A stretch of DNA of 63,981 bases, filler included, from Olpidium bornovanus S191 (taxonomy: Eukaryota > Fungi > Olpidiomycota), in assembly GCA_017911155.1 (NCBI GenBank). It is 32 parts of 32 records of this genome, joined end to end, with 100 filler letters (N's around TTAATTAATTAA, not from the genome) between each part and the next. Parts side by side here need not be neighbours in the genome. Positions count along the whole stretch, not along the records: positions 44,608 to 45,868 come from JAEFCI010004754.1; positions 45,969 to 48,182 come from JAEFCI010012642.1; positions 48,283 to 49,776 come from JAEFCI010003548.1; positions 49,877 to 51,785 come from JAEFCI010002023.1; positions 51,886 to 53,633 come from JAEFCI010011893.1; positions 53,734 to 54,799 come from JAEFCI010004616.1; positions 54,900 to 56,779 come from JAEFCI010000534.1; positions 56,880 to 58,252 come from JAEFCI010007986.1; 24 more parts are not named here. One strand, 5' to 3'. The translations under genes and the position numbers were made by a program. Below, in pieces: positions 44,608 to 57,230 of the stretch (the first letter of the stretch is position 1; every line of letters begins with the position of its first letter). A model generated the notes under the pieces. The model saw nothing but the letters and a program-made list of their open reading frames with translations, did no database searches and was not told where the DNA came from.

Positions 44608-45678
44608 CATGCACTTCTTCGATGGTCTTTATCGCATACAAGTGATCGATCCCTAGATGAGCCGGTCCGACAAGGTTTTACTGAGTACTGAGGCGTTTGC
44701 GAAGCTGGTTAAGCCAGTGACGTAGGTGGGGAAGAAAGAGGGATTCCCAAACCTGGATCGAGGCCGATCTCATTCATCACAGTTATTCCAGCCTCCTTGG
44801 CACTTCATTGAGGTGCGGTTAACAAACGGAAATACCACAACACTCAGAAATTGGCTTGACGCTTACGCGGCATCCAATTCCACCATTGCAGGCGAGATGT
44901 AGCTTGTAGTCACAACATGCTTCTTCTGTCGAATCGCCGACTTGATGACCGCGGCATGATGAATATACGGAATTAAACTGTTCCGGAAATAGTCGTGCGC
45001 GGCATTCCACGACACCACAGTTTACTCACGGTCGCCAGGCGCCGAAAAATCCCAATCACCTAACGACGTGGAGGGTTGTTACTGAAAAAGGAAAACACCA
45101 ACCTAATGACAATGTCGTGCTCAGCGACCAACGCGTCAAGCTCGTTCTCGTTTGCGACGTCGACGGAGACAGCATCGGCACGCCCGGAATACTTTTCTGC
45201 GAGCGCTTTGGCAGCCTCCAGATGTCGACAGCCTGCCTTGCGGCAAATCGGAGTGCGGAGCAGCCGGAGCATGTTTTTCAGCCAACGGGCTCTGGTATGG
45301 CGCGCGGCGCGCCGGAAAAAGTTTTATGAGACGCACCAACTGTGATACGATTTTCCGGTCGGCGCACGAGGTAATCGGCTGCAGGTCCCGCGACGTAACC
45401 AGAACCAAGAAGGAGGATCCTCCTGTAGAGCGAGCGGCAGGCAAAAGCGCGGTCGGCATGAAACGAACTGGAACTGAAGTGCGCCAGTCCGCGTGGCCGA
45501 CAAAGCCCGCGCGGGAGGGACCCAGGACCTCACCCGCCGCGTCCGGTCGCAACTTTCACGGGAGCGACCGCGAAAAAGTGCCGAGCGGCAAAACGGCCTG
45601 GCTGAAAAACGGCCGGGCCACATTCTGCGCCCGCCCGTCCCCTCGCCCCCAAGCTTGCCTTGATACGACGCCGGTCAT
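44608..45678 (-). CDS. LYS9: Saccharopine dehydrogenase (NADP+, L-glutamate-forming), N-terminal part (3'-partial)
   Basis: Spliced MTGVVSR|RILLLGSGYVAGPAADYL...ITV|ACRHLEAAKALA...HDIVI|SLIPYIHHAAVIKSAIRQKKHVVTTSYISPAM..|EAGITVMNEIGLDP|GIDHLYAIKTIEEVH. Confidence 0.95.
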
Positions 45679-45769
45679 GACGTGATGATGAAGTGCGTTC
45701 AGCGCGCCTGTTTTTCCTCGTTTGAATGTTTATTTTGGTTATTTTCCGGTTGTTTCGCACCCCACGCAC

Positions 45770-45830
<61 letters not shown>

Positions 45831-46668
45831 CGGCGCCCCCCCCCCCCCCCCCCGCCCGCCCGCGCCCCNNNNNNNNNNNNNNNNNNNNNNNNNNNNNNNN
45901 NNNNNNNNNNNNTTAATTAATTAANNNNNNNNNNNNNNNNNNNNNNNNNNNNNNNNNNNNNNNNNNNNCATGCGTCCTTCCGTGCGCATAGCCTTTTGTC
46001 GGGACGCATTTCCACAGCGAACTAACAAACACTCCCAAAGCAAAACTTTCCTCCGCTTCCAATAACTTCCACTCTTGCCGCCGTGGATCTTCCCGAGGAC
46101 CCTGAGATCCCCGAGGAAGACGGGTTGCCGGTCGGTAAGCCCAACGGTGATCAACAGCCGAATGGCAGCTCAAATCGAATATGGCACGCAAAAGCCCCAC
46201 TAGCCAACCAGCGGCTGGTGATTGGTGCGCGGATGGATTTAGGGTAATCGAGAAAGGAGGAGGAAGCGAGCGGCGGAGAAGGGAAATGAAGAGGCGGCGG
46301 GCGAAAACTCGTGTGGTAGCGGGTCACCTCCAACGCCACCGCAAGCAGGTGATGAAGTAGCCTGGGCGCAAACGGCGACTGGCCGACTTGGCGAGCGCGT
46401 CGGCTGTAAAAATGTCGTCCTCGGCAGGCCGCGCAACGCGGCATACGCCGAATACCCCGGGGGGGGGGGGCGCGGGAAAGGGCAGCCGCGGTATTCACCT
46501 AGAGACCGCTTTACGCCGGCGGCGCCGCGGCCGCTTTGGGGGCGAGGGCCGCGCATCTCCCTCCCTCCCTCCCCGCTTCCCCCTGCCCCTGCCCTCGTCC
46601 CTCTCCCCCGGCCCAGCGCCCCGCCCGCCTTTCTCGCAATCGGGCGCCTCCCCCGTGCGTCCTCGGCG

Positions 46669-46701
<33 letters not shown>

Positions 46702-47006
46702 GCGTCCCGCGTCTCGTTCGCCCAGCTCCGCCTTTCCCCCCTTCTCCGCTTCCCTTCCGGGCGGCGCGCGCGTGCCGAAAGTAATGCGCTCTGCCAACCC
46801 CCGCGATTCCCCCCCCTCTTCCCCTTACCCCCGCCCGGCGCCCACGCCGCCCGCCAACGCACGACGCCACCTGCTGCCCCGTCCCCTTTCCCGGCCCCTC
46901 CCCATCCTCGCGCAACGGCAAAACGTCTCAGCCAGGGAGAGCGCGATTCTCATCCCCCGTCCGCCGTTTTCTTTTCTTCTCGCCCCGCTCCCTCCCGCGC
47001 GTCGCG

Positions 47007-48182
47007 ATGCCGTCCGTTGATCTCAGCCGCGCCCTCGCCCTCGCGTTGGCCTTCGCCGCCGTCACCTCCGCCGCCGTCGGCCCGCTGCAGCTGCCGCTGC
47101 CCGCCAAGACCTTCGACTGCGCCGCATGGAACCTGACCGCCGGCAAAGTGGCGAAGCCGAACCCCGCTTTCACCAAGATGTACGACCTCACCGGAGTGCC
47201 GGACATCAAGCCCAACGCGTACCCCGCCACCGTCGCGTCCGGCGACACGAACCCGTGCGACTTCCACGCCCAGTCCCAAGCGCCCGGGTACTGCAACGCG
47301 GAATGCGACTGCAACGACGGCGGCCTCACGGTTCAAAACTGCGTCAGCAACGGCGACTGGGCGAACACGGTGCGTGTATTTCATGGTGGTTGGGGGGGGG
47401 GTGTGTGCCGGGGAAACCGCGTTTGGTCGCGTGGGCGCGCGGGATGTATTATTGCGCTGTCGCTCTGACCCCGCCCCAACTCCGCCGCGCACAAAACAAA
47501 CCTAACCAAAACAAAAAAACCCCCAAAACAAAACCCCGCCGGACCGGTGGGCCTCCGTCGTCAGTATGACGATGGCCCCAGCAAGTTCACACCGATGGTG
47601 ATCAACACCCTCAAGAAGTACAACGACACCAAGGCCATGTTCTTCGTCATGTGCGTGCGAAACCCCGCCCCGTCCCGAGAATCGTGATAATGGCCCGTTT
47701 GCTCCCCCTCCAACGACAACCCCCGACGCGCAGCCCGCCGCCGCCTCCTCCCTCTCGCCGAATCTCCGCCAACTTGCATTTTGACGCGTTCCGCGCAGTG
47801 GCGCCAACGTCTGCGGCAACCAGCAGCAGCTCATCGACACCGTCAATGCCGGTCACGAGATCGGCGTCCACACGTGGTCCCACCCGCGGCTCTCGAGTAT
47901 CAGCAACGAGGAGATCATTGCTGAGGTGAGACAAACGTTCCGTCGATCCCCTTCGCCGCCCGTCACGCCGGCCCTTCCGTTTTCGCTCTTTCGTGCTTGC
48001 CCCTGTCTTTTTCTTCCTTTCTTTTTTTCTCCCGTCTGTCCGGTGCAATTTTCCGGCGTCTTCGCACGCTGACCGGGCCGGTCCGCGGGCCGCGTCGCCG
48101 CGGCGGCCCCGTTTCTATGCGCAGATCAAATACACCGAGGAAGTGATCGTCGCGCTGACGGGCGTGACGCCGAAGTACATGC
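47007..48182 (+). CDS. Secreted chitin/polysaccharide deacetylase (CE4, NodB domain), 3'-partial
   Basis: Signal peptide, Cys-rich linker, T|YDDGP motif 1, FFVI|GAN, GHEIGVHTWSHP motif 2, TGVTPKYM(R). Three GT-AG introns. Confidence 0.95.
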
Positions 48183-48282
48183 NNNNNNNNNNNNNNNNNN
48201 NNNNNNNNNNNNNNNNNNNNNNNNNNTTAATTAATTAANNNNNNNNNNNNNNNNNNNNNNNNNNNNNNNNNNNNNNNNNNNN

Positions 48283-48984
48283 CAACGAGCGGATGACGTT
48301 ATACCCCTCGGAGGTCCTCCGGTACGCCTCTGCGCCGCCGACGTTAACGAGTGTGCCGTCTGCGAGAAATCCACCAGCGGAGCAGAAGGTGTTACTGGCA
48401 AAAGAAACGGAAAAAGAGAAGAGAGAAAAAAACAGAAAAAAGGCGGAAACGGGTGTTTAGCGAATTGACCGCCTCATTCTTTCCAGGGAACCAACGGAAA
48501 AAAAATGGAACGGAAACGGCCGTTCAGCAAACCCCGGTCTCATTCTTTCAAGGGCATAGTTTGTTGGAGTTATGCTTCACAGGCGACGGGGCGGGCTGGG
48601 GTGTGCGACGGACCCAGTTTTGACGTTCGCCAAAAAAAAAAAAAAAAAAAAAAAAAAAACTTGCGTTTTCACCGTCAGCGGGAAGAACGTGCCCGTGTCG
48701 GGGTCGAACTCCGTCGAGAACGTGTAATTCCCGTCGGGCAGAACGGCGTGCGTCCACGGCTCGGCCTTGTCAAGAAAGACGACGTTCCCGTTCTGCAGCA
48801 ACGCCGCGTGCATCGCGGGCACGCCGGACCGGCCGATGAAGTCCCATTTCCCGCACTTGTTCGGCGGCTGGGCGCCGACGGTGAAATTGGTGGCGGCCGC
48901 GCCGGCCGACGACGATCCGCCGCCGAACGCGGCAGACAACGCGGTAAGCGCGCAGCCGAGTCCGCCCGGTGTTGACCCGCGCAT
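48283..48984 (-). CDS. Copper radical oxidase (AA5, glyoxal oxidase-like), N-terminus (3'-partial; exons 48984-48665, 48394-48283)
   Basis: GKWDFIGRSGVPAMHAALLQNGNVVFLDKAE...STEFDP, spliced TVKT|NTFCSAGGFLADGTLVNVGG; signal-like N-terminus. Confidence 0.92.
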
Positions 48985-49644
48985 ATTTTTTTTTTCCAAT
49001 CCCTCCCACCCCACGCCTCCTCCTTCTCCTCCTCCTTTCCTTCTTCCTTCTCCGCTTTCTCCCACTATTTCGCTGTAGGGGTGCACCGCGCGTTGTTCCG
49101 CACCGCGCGCCCAGCAAACCTCCCCCGACTCTCCGCGCCTCCTCGGGCGCCTTTGCCTAAGTCTTTGTATTTGTTGGTGTGCGCGCGATCCTGTTGCGTG
49201 TCTCTCCGTTTGTCTCTCCGGGGCGGGCTGAGGCGCGAGTGGGAGGCGGGCGGGCGGGGGCGAGGGGTGTGTTCCTTTCCTCAGTTTCGTTCGTTTCGTT
49301 GGCGGAGCGCGTGCGCGCGCGTCGCGACTCAGACGCGCGCGCGCACGCTTCAAAACTCAAAACAGCGCGTCGCGCCTCAAACGCGCGCGCGCGCCTCGCA
49401 AATCCAAAGAGCGCGTCGCGGCCCAAACGCGCGCGCGACACAGAATGAAGCCTACCCCAATCCCCACCCACCTGCCCTTTCCCCACCCCCCCACACGCAG
49501 TTCACCAATGACATAAAACTTCCTCCTCTGCCTTGGCCGGTGGATTCCAATTCGCTTCCTCGTCTGCGCAAGTGCTGCAACGCCCGAACCCCGCCCGCGC
49601 GACAACCAATCTTCCCACCCCCCCCCCCCCCCCCCCCCCCCCCG

Positions 49645-49688
<44 letters not shown>

Positions 49689-50089
49689 CCTACCCTCCCC
49701 CAACACTCGGAAACATGCCGGCGCCGGCGAGAGCGACGACAGCAGCGAAGCGAAGGGCGACAGCATCGACCACAGCNNNNNNNNNNNNNNNNNNNNNNNN
49801 NNNNNNNNNNNNNNNNNNNNTTAATTAATTAANNNNNNNNNNNNNNNNNNNNNNNNNNNNNNNNNNNNNNNNNNNNCTTCGTTTACGGCTAATAATCGGT
49901 TTCCGATTATTTAGATATGCCATTTGCCTGTGACGTCACATAACAGTGTTGAATTGAGGTGCTCAAAATGATCCCGTCAAGTGACGGGCCGTACATGGTG
50001 CGACGGGTCAAGGCCGATCACCACGTCATTTTGTCCACAGTCTTCCATTTCCGTTTACCATTACAAAATTGTTTTCCCCGACACACGTC

Positions 50090-50480
50090 GACTTAAAAAT
50101 AAAAAAAAACTTTCTCTGCACAAAGACTGATGGTGTTGGTGATAGGTTTCAAGACTTTTATCTCAACCATGGAATGACAATATGGTCAACAAAGCAAACA
50201 TCATCACTTGGACACGGGCAGAGATTATCAGTGCTATGTACGATCGTGCATTGCGTCCCCATGGGATTAAGACCCACGTTTGCGACGAGGTAATGGACGA
50301 GAGAATTACAATGGGCACCACCACAGATCGCGTCCGTACCATCCTGATTGACGCTAACCTTCCATTCTCCTTTTGAGCTGAAGTGTGGGCGTACTGTTGC
50401 GTGGATGTACAACCGCGCACCACATTTGCATAATGCAAGGCAATTACCACTCTCCACTTTCTATACGGCGTGCGGGCTAC
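50090..50480 (+). mobile_element. Degenerate Ty1/copia integrase core
   Basis: KIKKNFLCTKTDGVGDRFQDFYLNHGM (decayed KIK.LRTD.GGE...F..F...HGI) and DRVRTILIDANLPFSF*AEVWAY (copia IN helix; W mutated to TGA); frameshifted. Confidence 0.8.
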
Positions 50481-51233
50481 AGGACGCTTCCCGTGATGAC
50501 CTATGCAACCTGCTCCGCGTCCCAGAATGCGCAGCCGGCGTCAATCCTCAATCGACATCCCCACAAACCGAGAGGGCGATGATGGGCGTTTGGAATACGG
50601 CTTCGTCGTTCCAGCGACCTCCTACGTAGCCCTTTTCCCGCCGTCGGCTCGCGGATTTCGCCGAAGCTCGGAGTTTGGTCTCGTCGGCCTCGGACCGCAA
50701 ATTGTGTCCCTTTCTCCTCGCCGCCGCCTCGGGTTGCTAAGCCCGCTCGGCCTGCCGAGGCCCCTTCGTCGCGCCGACTGTCGCCAACGCGTCGAGCCGT
50801 CCCGATCATTTCCTGATGTTTTTGAGCGGGCGGCGGGTCCTTTACCGCTTTCTTTCGAGTAAAGAGGAGGAGGAAACCCGCCCGGCGCCGCCGGCGCTGC
50901 CGGCGCACAGATCCCGGTGCCCGGTGGACCTCTCTCTGCCCCGGCCCCGGTTCGAGCTCCCCCCTCCACCGCTCGCGGACTACTCGGGAACACGACCCAG
51001 AACACCACCCATCGCCGTCGAACCGCACCTCCGACTTCGCCGTTCGCGCTGGCCGAGGTGTGGGGGACGTAAGAGCGCCCGCTCCCCGGACGAATCCCTC
51101 CCACCCCCTCCCACCCCCCCCCCCCCCCCCCCCGGCGGACAGGGCGGAGCAAAAAAAAAACGCCCGGAAAAATCAGAAAAAAAAAATCAGAAAAAAAAAA
51201 GTCCGCCGAAAGAAAATGGCGAAACGTCCGGAA

Positions 51234-51285
51234 CAGCGTCCGGAAAAGCGTCCGCGGAAAAAGCGTCCGCGGAAAAAGCGTCCTA
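51234..51285. repeat. Short tandem repeat CGTCC(GC)GGAAAA(A)G, 3-4 copies
   Basis: Read directly from the sequence. Confidence 0.75.
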
Positions 51286-51689
51286 AAGAACATCCAAAAG
51301 AAAAAAAAAACAAGTCCGCGGACGCAGCAGTCACGCCCCGTTGGCCGCCAGGCGCGTCCTCCAAGCTCTTCATGTTTACTCTTTGATTTTTTCCTTTCTC
51401 GCTGCCGAGCGGCGGAGGGCGCCTTTTGAGTCCAACCCCCGGGCATTTTCCCCGCCGGCCCCCGCACACGGCATCGTGGCGCCGTTATGCTAGCGAATAT
51501 ACTAACAAAGAAATAAAAAATCGAGCGCCGGGGAAAAAACACGGGCGGCGGGGAGGCGGAGGACGCCACACGTACTATTCGTGTATTCTGTAAAGTTCAC
51601 ATCTTGTATCCACCTGCCTTTTGACCGCACGGAAAACGCAAAAAAAAAGAAAAAAAGAAAAAAAAAGAAAAAAAAAAGAAAAAAAAAAG

Positions 51690-51785
<96 letters not shown>

Positions 51786-51885
51786 NNNNNNNNNNNNNNN
51801 NNNNNNNNNNNNNNNNNNNNNNNNNNNNNTTAATTAATTAANNNNNNNNNNNNNNNNNNNNNNNNNNNNNNNNNNNNNNNNNNNN

Positions 51886-51942
<57 letters not shown>

Positions 51943-52086
51943 GGAAAGGGGGAACCCCCCCGTTTCGCGAAAAAAAAAAAAAAAAAAAAAAAAAAAAGCA
52001 AAAAGCGGCGGGAAAAGAAAAAGAAGCTGGGGACGAGTTGTAGGAGACGAGGGGGGAAGGAGGGGAAGGCGGAGGGACAACACGAA

Positions 52087-52122
<36 letters not shown>

Positions 52123-55100
52123 AGGGGCGGGGGGAAGCCGTTTGATGATCGAGACAACGGGAAAAAGAAGCACTTCTGAAGTTGTTCGGATGGCTTCAGT
52201 GAAAAAAAAAAACAAAAAAAAAAAAAAAAAAAAAAAAAGTAAAACTGCCCCGCAAAAATTCGCAGACGGGGAAAAGGGAGGGGGTCACCGAGCGGGCGGG
52301 CCAGCAACAAAAAAAAAAAAAAAAAAAAAACCCAGCGGCGGGCCCTTTTCCGGTCGTCGACCCCACACCCCCCACCCCCGCGGGCTTCTTTTTGTGGCGC
52401 GTCCAGCCTGCTTTTCTTTGGCACGTGTTGCCCGGCTTTTTCGGCACACACACGTCCCCGTCCCACACACCCCGCTCGACACACACACTCACGCTCACGC
52501 TCACACACAACCCCGCCTTCCGGTTCGCGCGAGGGTGGGAGGTTGGGGAAGACGGGGGCGCCCCGGTAACAACCGGCTTTTCTTTTTGTTGTTACACGTT
52601 CCCCGCCTCCTCCGGTTCCTTTCCCTCAAAAGCTCCCTCTCCTCCGGCACGGCGGCTGCCTCACCGAGGCTCCTGGCGCCGCAACTCCTCGGGCGGCGCG
52701 CGACGTGCGCGGCAGCAGCGCCGTCTGCCTTTCGAGCCAGGGAGACGGCGAGGGAAAAAAACGGGGCCCGCAAGGGGCCGCCTTCCCAGCCCGAAGTAGC
52801 CGCGGCCAGGACGGCCGCAGAACAGGACGAGGGCGCCCCGCGGCGCACCCCGCCGGGCGAAAAAAAAAAAAGAAAAAAAAAAAGAAGGCGCCCCGCTGGG
52901 CCGGCGGGAGGTCGTCGTGCCGCGAGGACCCCCCAAAGGAGCGCGGCGGACCGGCGCCCCGTCGTCGTCGCGCCGCCTCCCTTTTTCTCTCTCCTTCTTT
53001 CTTCTCTCCCTTTCGCCCTCACTTACTTTTTTTTGGCCTCCTGCTTTCTCCCTCGCCCAGGCAGAACTCCCGCCCGCGCTTTCGGCGCCAGCCTCAAAAA
53101 CACGGCCCGGCTGCGAGGCTGGAGTCTTTGCTACCGTATACGGTGAGCGCTGCGGTCCTTTCTGACAGCGGGCGTGTGTTTTCTTTGTGGCTGCGGTCTC
53201 GCGCGGGGACGGCGTTTTTCTCAGCCAGGCGGAGGTTGGAAGGAGGGGGGGGGGGGGAGGGGGGGGGGGGGGGAAGGAGGGTTGCTGGGGGGAAAGCGAG
53301 AAAAGAAGGAGGGGAAGGTGGGAGAGGGAGTTGGCGCGTCGCCAAAAGGGGGCGGTCCAGCCACGTGCCAAGTCGAACGTCTGAAACGTCAGAAAAGGGG
53401 AAGCCTTGTGCCATAGAGAAATCGAAAGTCTGCAGCTTGCTAGCAGTGGTCGGGGCGATGGAAAAGCCCTCCAATCGAGACGTCCGCTCCATACGTTCGC
53501 TTCGGCAAACTGAAAAGCAGCCTGTTCCTCGCTGACAATATCGCAGTCTAGCAGAACCAAGTTTCGGATTGTAACCCAAAGATCCGGTAAGTCCATTTGG
53601 TCCGATCACATCCATCTGCTGAATTTGCATGTGNNNNNNNNNNNNNNNNNNNNNNNNNNNNNNNNNNNNNNNNNNNNTTAATTAATTAANNNNNNNNNNN
53701 NNNNNNNNNNNNNNNNNNNNNNNNNNNNNNNNNCATGTAGGAGCTGGTTTTGACGACAGGTTCACAGGACTCAACCGGGGTCCGCGGAGACGATGAAAGC
53801 GTACGAGGAAATTTATCTGCCAATACCTGAATTGCAGCTGCGACACCAGCCGCCGATAAGCTCTCTTGTGTCGTCATCGTACACCTACCCTTCCCTCACC
53901 CGGCTGTCTGGATTCGGGTTCTGCAGTGACGACAATTCAAAGCAATGATCAGACACCGGGATTTTTGAGAGGATGGACGCAGAACGTCCAGAACGATGGC
54001 GAACTCGGATCGCCTTTGTATCAGAAAGGCCCCAGGGCGGTTATTTGAGCGAGACAGGGCTTTTCTAGGGCTTGGCAAGAGAGCACAGCGCGTAGTAGAT
54101 TCACAGATACACTTCTCGGCGATGACCAACTTGCTGGCCTACGAAGGGCCACACCTCGGCCGCGGCTGGCCTATCCAGGAGGCGTCGTGCCCAGCCCTGG
54201 ACTGCGTCGCGCTCGCCCAGGAGAACCTCAAGTGCGACCGGAGTTGCCACTTTGCCTAGGATGCAAATGAGAATCTCCTGGCAAACAACCCGTCAACGCG
54301 GTCGCAGTCCCCGAGGTGCGTGCTGACTGCGGAGCTGGCACTCCGCGGCTTCGGCTTTACGCGGTGGCAGTGTCCAGGCATTCCGACGAATGCAGAGGCA
54401 TTCCGACGAATGCAGCAAGTTCTGGCCGGGGGCCCTCCGATCAAGCCGCCCATGTCCCTTGCAAAGGCTGAGAGCGCCTCCGCCGACATGTGCCTCCGCC
54501 CAGGTGCATGTCTTCTACGCCCGTCAAGTCACTCCAGCGGTCCTCCGTGACTTACCTCGACCAACGCAAGCCGTCCCCGCCGGAAATCGTCCTCACGCCA
54601 ACCCTCTGCGACCATGGCGTGCTGCAATGCGCGCCCTACGGCGGCCTTGATCCGCGTTCGAAGGGCTTTAAACAGCGCCATGGCTCTCTGCTGACAAAGG
54701 GGGGCTCTCGGCGGAGCTGCGCTCCGGAAGCGTCCCCGACGCCCGTTTTATCTACGCCGCGATTCAAGCTCGCCGCATTGTTTTGACCTCAAACAAAACN
54801 NNNNNNNNNNNNNNNNNNNNNNNNNNNNNNNNNNNNNNNNNNNTTAATTAATTAANNNNNNNNNNNNNNNNNNNNNNNNNNNNNNNNNNNNNNNNNNNNC
54901 ATGGACTTCCTCACCCTCTAGGCGAAGAAAGGCCCCCTGATCAACCTCTAGTGGTGTAAGGTATGGGTTCTTTGACACAGTGTCACGGCGCTACGGTGGC
55001 GTCAAACCTCTCAGGCTAGCCTAGCCGGCGCCGTAGCGAATATGCGGTGTATGTGCGTGTTCGGACGTCACCTTCCTCCTTCCCAGGGGTAGGGCTATAC

Positions 55101-56879
55101 ATTTTGCAACAAAAACGAAAAAAAAGGGGGAAAAGGCGCAGCGGAGCGAGAACAACGTGGAACAGCAGAGCACCAAACGAGCTAGGAAGCAGAACTCCGA
55201 GCGGGAGCGGAAGCCCGAACGGTGGGGGCTCGAGTTTCTGGACGGCGCCGCGAAGATGAAGAACCCCGACGGGCAACTTGGCGGTGGCGAGATACAGAGC
55301 CAGCAGGACTGGATCCCTTGGCCAAGGCCCGGGCGGCGTCGAACTTCTGAGCTTCGGGGCCCTTCAGGATGCGATTCCGGCGCATACGGACACCGCGGGA
55401 TTTGGGTGCCTCAATGAGCTCATCGACCTTGCCCGAAGAGCCCATTCAGCAGAGTTGGTTATAACAGTTAAAGATATGCTCCAGACCAGCAAAGTTGGCG
55501 ACAGAAGGAACGTATGGCGGTGGGCGAACGGCATCGTCGGGAAGGGGGGTGTCGGAGATTGTGTCGTCGGCGGAAAGGAGACCAACGAAGCCCTCGGCCA
55601 AAATAATCTCGTCGTTGACGGGTCGGGGCGAAGTGAGTGTTGTGTTGAATGTCGGTGGGCCCAAAAGGGCCACAGTAATCCGCGTCGGACGGCAAGAAAA
55701 GGAATGTCGTGTCCCTGGGGTCGCCAGGGATCCTGAATTGAATGGGATCGGCCTGGAAGGACGCGGCGTATGCAACCACAACGGTCCTGGAAAAGAGGGA
55801 AGGAAGAAAAGAAGAAAAACGGAGTTACTTCTACGAATTACTTTGTCAGCAAGGAGAAAAACGCAACATTACCGGCGCAGCGACAAGATAGAGTGTGTTT
55901 GGTCAAGCGAGCCCGCGTTTCGGGGCGCCACGAGAACTTCAAAAAGTCAACCATGCGGCGGCGGTTGGCGACCAGTTTGTCCTGAGTTGACCCGGACAGG
56001 GACTGGGAGCTCGCGCCGAGGGCGGACGATTGACGAGAGTAGCGCTCTTTGAACCAGTTGTCGAAAGTCTTCCTCTGCTCAGGGGTAAGAGTCGCTGGCA
56101 TGGGGGGCGGCGGACGCGGAGCGTATCACAATGAGTCGAACCGGGAGACGGGGGGAGGTTACGAAGCGAAAGACTAGGCTGCTGATGCCGAGTGGAAGGA
56201 AGGGACGAGACGAGCTTAGCTGAGCAAGGCAAAGAGTTGGGTTGACAGACAGGAACGATGGACGCGACGTGAAGCTTATTTGGCTGCGGAGAAGCGGCAG
56301 TGCGCGAAGCAGTTGTGTTAGACTCGCGCAGGAGGGACAGAAGGGAAGCCGATCTGGGCAAAAGTCGAAGGGAGGCGATGAACCGAGCAAGTGTGGCGTT
56401 ACGAAGCTTATTTCGTGAGGGGGGCGGAACCGGCAAAGATCGGAGCAAGGGGAGGCAAAAGGGGCAAAAAAGTGTGGCGCCGGAAAGCTTATTTTGCGAA
56501 GGGAACTGGGGGAAGAGGGAGCGAAACACGAAGGTGATGTCACGTGACATTACCGCGACGGGGAGCGGCAAGTCCACAGAGAGATGACGGAAATTCTTGC
56601 AAGAGTCGGGCAATCGGTTCCAATGCAAGGTGACCCTCTTGTACGGGAGGGCGGATGTGGGAGAATTTCCACGATGGCAGATGGAATGGGTGACATGAGG
56701 CATGCGGGACGAATGAAAGAAGGACGTCAACGAAGGAGCAACTAAACTCTATGAATTATCGAGGGGGTGGTGTCGGGCANNNNNNNNNNNNNNNNNNNNN
56801 NNNNNNNNNNNNNNNNNNNNNNNTTAATTAATTAANNNNNNNNNNNNNNNNNNNNNNNNNNNNNNNNNNNNNNNNNNNN

Positions 56880-56990
56880 CCATGACATCTTAGGCTTTCT
56901 AGTTCCTTGTCCATTGCAGTCCGCCATTCAGCTGCATATAGTGAGTTAAGCGCTTGTTGGACTGTGTGTTGGTCGGCAGGTTTGCTAAGA
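56880..56990 (-). mobile_element. Ty1/copia reverse transcriptase N-terminal fragment
   Basis: QHTVQQALNSLYAAEWRTAMDKELESLRCH matches the copia P.TY.EAL......W..AM.EE..SL..(H/N) motif; runs into the gap. Confidence 0.85.
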
Positions 56991-57230
56991 GGTTGCGTTG
57001 GCGCTGCGGCCGAAAAGGCGGTGATTAAGTTAATTCGTATGGGACGGCGTCGCCTTTCATAATACTCTCTGATCAACTTAGGGCAAGTGTAGTGGATCGA
57101 CCATCCCATCGACTATACCTCCGTATATAGCCCAGGATCGGGGGGTAACCCCCAAATAAACAAACGAACCTTTGAACCATTACAAAGTGGGGAATCCGAG
57201 GAAGAACCATCCTTTGACCCGCCCGCTCCC

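Noticed and set aside
44608-49776. Apparent cluster of LYS9, chitin deacetylase and glyoxal oxidase (and any other multi-contig 'cluster')
   Set aside because: The genes lie on separate contigs joined by artificial spacers, so there is no evidence of linkage.
51581-52508. Poly-Lys, poly-Phe, poly-Pro and poly-Gly ORFs (also 6633-6995, 12015-12814, 45682-45924)
   Set aside because: Translations of A/T or G/C homopolymer tracts, many at contig ends with unreliable lengths.
53400-53633. F-box/LRR-like exon (DLWVTIRNLVLLDCDIV)
   Set aside because: Too short and non-specific to assign.
5717-55448. Alternative genetic code or general stop readthrough, suggested by in-frame stops at 5717, 17194, 30284, 40449, 54257 and 55446
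   Set aside because: Intact genes end normally on TAA (1755), TAG (18510, 23675) and TGA (391, 63749). The internal stops are in TE relics or frames with other lesions.
55838-56101. Polinton polB motif (TLTPEQRKTFDNW)
   Set aside because: Only a few residues resemble it; the downstream YC..DV motif is absent.
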